64,000 nt of DNA, from assembly GCA_002269645.1 (NCBI GenBank), contig NIVC01002746.1, positions 62,001 through 126,000 on the forward strand, given 5' to 3'. This document shows, piece after piece, positions 59,171 through 64,000 of the stretch. Position numbers and translations under genes: made by a program. The DNA comes from Macrostomum lignano. Its lineage: Eukaryota. Position 1 is the stretch's first letter; each line of letters opens with the position of its first letter. The notes beneath the pieces were generated by a model. It searched no databases, was not told where the DNA came from, and saw only the letters and a list, made by a program, of their open reading frames with translations.

Positions 59171-62100
59171 CCAATTGTGTAGTAGTGTATGCTAGAACAA
59201 GAATTCTATCTTAGCTAAATGTATGCCAATGTACACCAAAAATTCTGCCTAAAAAAGTCATTTGGTTTCCACAAGTAGAGTTTCTTAAGTAAGGCTTTTG
59301 TACAAAAAGTATTTTTTAAATATTATAAATATTTTTATTTAAAACAAACTTAAATTAAACCTACATAAATAATTAGGCCTATGCAAAATTTATATTCTTA
59401 GCAATCACTTATACTTATTTTATTAATTGTTAATTTTAAAGAAGCAAAGAGTTTATCACTGACTTTTTAGACTATATAAATTTCCTTTATTTTATATAAA
59501 AACATTAATTTACAATATAATTTTCATGCATGGCATGAATTTATTTACCAAAATTGGTATGCCAAAAAAATTGGCATCAATTTGTGCACCAAAATTGGAA
59601 TGCCAACTTTGAAAAGGTCATTTATATGCCAGAATTTTCTAGTGTACACATACAATTTATACATGCATAACACCTATCCAACCCATCCATAGTCCAGAAG
59701 GTGGCTTTTACGCCGGAAAATTCCGGCATATTTTTGGTCTTGCTAACAATCTTGGTGTATACTTGGCATATAGAATTTTTAGGTTTGACATGAAGTGTAC
59801 ACATACAAAAAATAGTCAAGTTCAAGGCTAATGTAATTGTGTAGTTAAATATCAACCAACGTCTAAAGCTTTTTAAAAATATTTGAAAACTAAAATAGAA
59901 AATAACACAAAATTATAAGGTCCAAATTAAAACAAAGAATATCAGTTTTTAGCAAAAAAATAGCCATTTTAAAGTTAGGCCCTAGGTAAAAGTTTTGAAT
60001 TCCTAAAAGTATATATGCTTTGAAAAAATTACGTATAAACAATTTTAGTCTTGGTATAAAAAAAATTTTATTTTACATTGGCGACGTCGGCATAAAATTG
60101 AAAAACATGAATTTTCATTCTAGCGTATGCCTGCCATGATCCAGACTAAGGGCCTATGGCAACTAATCCAAACCAGATGGGTGAAATGGCTGCTGGCCAA
60201 GGTAAGTTGCAAAATCAAAAACAAAAAAAATGAAAATTGGGGGGAAAAAGAAAAAAAGAAGAGAAAAGGAAAAGAAAGGAGGGAGAAGAGAGAGAAGGGA
60301 AAGAGGAAAAATAAAGAGAAAGAGAAAAGAAGATCAGAAAAAGGCAAGAAAAGTCATATACAAAATGAAAATCAAGTCGCAATTGGGAAGAACTAAGTTG
60401 CAATTGGGAGGAACTAAGTCACAATTGAAAGAAACTAAGTTGCAAATCTAGACAAAACTGTCACACCAGACAGGTGAAATTTTGGGTCACTGGTCAGATC
60501 GTCATATTCTATTTCGTCATATTGGATGACGAAATGACTAGAAGCAAAGTAGCTTTAAAAAAATTATGACAAAGTTACCAAATATTTATTTATGCTGGAT
60601 ACTTCTTCATCAACCAATTAATCTATGTGAGATTCAAGTTAGTGTAAACCACCATTTTTTGTTTTTATTAACTATAAGCTGTGGCAAGCAGAACCGATTG
60701 ATCAACAGGTTTTATCAATCCAGATGACAAAATGACTGGGATCATTTGGATTTTAAGTAGGCCCCGTATGTTTAACAGTTTAATTGTCACATTAATTCAC
60801 TTGAAGTTGGAAATAATATAATTGGTGGATGACAAAATGACTCTCTTCAGGTAGTGCATGCATGCTAATTAAGATAGCCTAACGAAGTGACCATAGTCAA
60901 GGTAAGCACCCCAGACACCCAGATGACGAAATGGCAGATGACAAAATGACTAGGAACCAAATTTTGAAGTTGGGCATGTATGGGCGTACATGTAAGCCCC
61001 CCTAACCCTCTGGAGTCTGGCAAGGCCAATGTTTTAGCAGCAAAGAGGAAGTCAATGAGGCGAGGCTTATCACAAAAGAATGGCCGCCACAACAAAAAGT
61101 GGCATCAGTGCTAACATTGATAGGCCTAGACTTATGCGGCAATAGAAAAAATGCCTTGCGGCTTGTAAAAGTAAAAAAATATTAAAAAATAACTTACAAG
61201 CATCCTCGCAAGTAAGTAAGGTAGGGGCCTATTATAATAATATCAACTGAAAGCTATTTATCAGCAAGGGTAAGAATAACGAAAGAGTAGGCCTATGCAG
61301 CTCAAAAACAAGAAATTAGACCGGACCTTAAAATAATAGGTTGGTTAGACGTAGACGTAATTATTTGTAGTTTTTTTCAGGACTTCAGTCTTCACTTAAC
61401 TGCATGAACAAGTTGTATTTTTATTTTCTGCAAGTTAAAAAAACTAAATTTCCAAGATATACAAAGTAAACATCAGGTAAAACGGAAAACTAAATGTCTG
61501 TTATTTAAGGCTCGGTTTGTTTAATTTTAAAATAATAATTCACTTTAAAAGCCTAGCAGCAACTAAAAATTATTTTGGAGGTGTCAATAATACATAACAA
61601 ATTTTCTTAGAAATACATGCATTTAGACTAAAATATAGGCCTATACTGTCTGGGTCTGACAAGTTATTGAAAAAATTAGTGTGTCAATATGAAAATGGAC
61701 GCAAGGTTGCTGTGCGCAGTACACTTTGCTAGAATTTGTTCATTCTGCTAGAATTAATTTAAACTTTGCTAGAATTTTTTTATTAGTATAACTCATGTTT
61801 TGATGTTGACATTATGACATTTCAGCCTGTTAGTTATTATTGTCAAGAAATTGTAGCTATATAGTGTCTGGCATAGCTAAGCTATTATATTTATATTAAT
61901 AGGGCATAGGCCAAATTTTCATAGCCTAATTATTAAAATCTTATTTAAAATAGGTTGTATTGGAAAATTAGTCATTCTTATTTATTTTTTAATTAAATTT
62001 GTTATACTTTTATATAGTACTTTAAAATAGTCTATAGATCATTTGTTAGGCCTAATAATAATATTAATAATATATCACATTTTATTTTTAAATGAAAGGC

Positions 62101-63124
62101 AGTTGGGCTGCTGGACATTTTGTCATCTTAAATAATGTAGGGCCTATTCAGCCAAATTTTTGTAGGCCTATTGTTTATTGCCAAAATGCTAAATAATAAT
62201 GAAGGGACTAGACAGACAAACCTGGTCCATTCATTAGGCCTACCTGCACAATTTATTGACTAATCTTTAATACCATGCATATCACTGCCAGAAAGAATAT
62301 TTATAGAAATCAATAAGAAGCTACACTATTAACTTTTGTAATAGGTCTATAATCCTTCAAATATTGAATTTGTTTAAAATTGTATTGGGGGGGTCTAGTT
62401 AGATAATGAAAAGGAAGGGGTAATATTTCATTTTGCAATCACTTCAATGGTAGTTTTATATCATGTAAAAGTAAATCATATTACAAAAAGGTAGCAAGTT
62501 CTCATTTTTAGCAATTGCAATAAGTTTATATTTGCTTGTTTTTGTATACAATCTAGACCATGCGCATCTCCCCTCACTTTCATCTTACAATCCTATTCAC
62601 ATAGTGAGTTCATTAAGATTTTTATAGATGACAAAGTGGCCAAGCTTATTGAGTACCTTTATTAATACATAACAAAGTGACCAATAGGCAATATAAGGTA
62701 TAATAGATGACAAAATGTCTAGGAACTGACAGTCAGACCTTTGACATTTCTTTTAAACTTGTATACTAAAATCTAACTAAAATGGCATGCTAAACCATTG
62801 GCATCAATGTCAAAGATAATATAGGCCATTATAGATTTTTGACATAAAAATTGCAATGTAGAAAAATTGCACACCTGTGCAAGCAGCAACAATTGGACAT
62901 TTTTTGTAACTGATTGCATTAAACTGCAATGTGATTGCACACAGGAGGCACAATTCAGAGCACTGTTGCACTATAAAGGACACTGAGATACTGGCATTTA
63001 AGTTTTGAAGCCAGGGTATCACTCATAGCACCATGTTTTGGATAGTAAAGCAGAGGCAAATGAAGCTTTAATAATGCTAAATAAGCTACTTGAATTTTCA
63101 TGCATGCCTACTATAAGTAGCATA

Positions 63125-64000
63125 ATGTGGCGGCAGCGCCTATCCTCAGCTGTAGTAGTTGATAATTTTGGTCGCCAGCCCAGCCGCTGCCTGGCTGCAC
63201 CCTATCTGTGGCATTGGCGTGTGAACTGGAAGCCGAAGCCCGCCCTGTCCGAGGCTGAAGTGCCGCGAGATCAGCGTCGACTGCCTATCCGACCCAAGGT
63301 GCCAACGTCCAATGCTGGCTCGCTAGTGTCGCCAGGCGCCAAGTGGCATTATACACAGAGTCGGGCAATTTTTCGCGGTCCGGAACTTGTGCATAATAAG
63401 CTTATCCATAAGCAGTTTGGAGTGCAGGTAAATCGGCTCCTGAGTCATGCATTTAGAATTGCTCCTGAGTCGTGCATTCAGAATGGCCTCTGAGTCAAGT
63501 ATTTAGAATGTCTCCCGAGTCATCTGTTTGAAATCGTCCCTGAGCCATCTACCTGAGCCTTTAGAATCGTCCCTGAGCTATCTACCTGAGCCTTTAGAAT
63601 CGTCCCTGAGCTATCTACCCGAGCCTTTAGAATCGTCCCTGAGCCATCTACCTGAGCCTTTAGAATCGTCCCTGAGCCATCTACCTGAGCCTTTAGAATC
63701 GTCCCTGAGCCACCTACCTGAGCCTTCAGAATCGCCCCTGAGCCACCTACCTGAGCCTTCAGAATCGCCTCTGAGCCACCTACCTGAGCCTTCAGAATCG
63801 CCCTTATCAAATAACTGCCAACCCCAAACCACCGACTCTTTCAGGCCCTAGAGGCTGGCGTGATGTTACACAATCACTTCGAAACCATCCGGATGTCGTT
63901 GAACCGGAAGCTGGACCTGGACCGGATGTTCGCAGTCTGGCGCGTTGACGCCCCCTGGATGGCGGGCTACAAGCGGCCGCCCGGCCTCACCCTTGGCGGC
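63125..64000 (+). CDS. MRPL16: Mitochondrial ribosomal protein L16, 5' part (exons 63125-63427 and 63845 to beyond the window)
   Basis: RGPELVHNKLIHKQFGVQ|ALEAGVMLHNHFETIRMSLNRKLDLDRMFAVWRVDAPW matches the uL16m motifs. Phase-0 GT-AG intron. Confidence 0.88.
63430..63810. repeat. 33-bp minisatellite (CCTGAGCCATCTACCTGAGCCTTTAGAATCGTC) in MRPL16 intron 1
   Basis: Direct reading. Confidence 0.93.

Noticed and set aside
60120-60451. Lys/Glu-rich and Phe-rich ORFs
   Set aside because: They come from a low-complexity A/G-rich tract.

Overview
This is eukaryotic (metazoan) genomic DNA with GT-AG introns, and it has two parts. (1) From 1 to about 24.4 kb there is a near-perfect tandem segmental amplification with a period of 10,494-10,496 bp, giving about 2.3 visible copies. 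Each unit holds a Ty3/Gypsy LTR retrotransposon (172-bp LTRs, CCTGC target-site duplication, inserted into a 21-bp minisatellite, gag frameshifted, pol open) and a head-to-head pair of 3-exon genes for secreted PAN/Apple plus ConA/LamG-like proteins. A third gene pair at 23.8-27.1 kb has its central promoter/leader segment inverted relative to the amplified pairs. This changes which leader exon is joined to which variable C-terminal exon; the crossover appears to lie at a 171-bp perfect inverted repeat. (2) From 27.4 to 64 kb are conserved single-copy genes whose introns mostly carry distinct mini- or microsatellites: GINS1/Psf1, FANCD2, MCMBP and SNX5/6 (all minus strand, co-oriented) and the 5' part of MRPL16 (plus strand). 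This part also has a tRNA-Asn-like relic, a decayed mariner transposase, two foldback/MITE elements and a 17-copy dispersed CGATA-palindrome motif. The repeat-filled introns suggest a flatworm such as Macrostomum, but that is inference only. All protein identities come from my recall of family motifs; no database searches were run.
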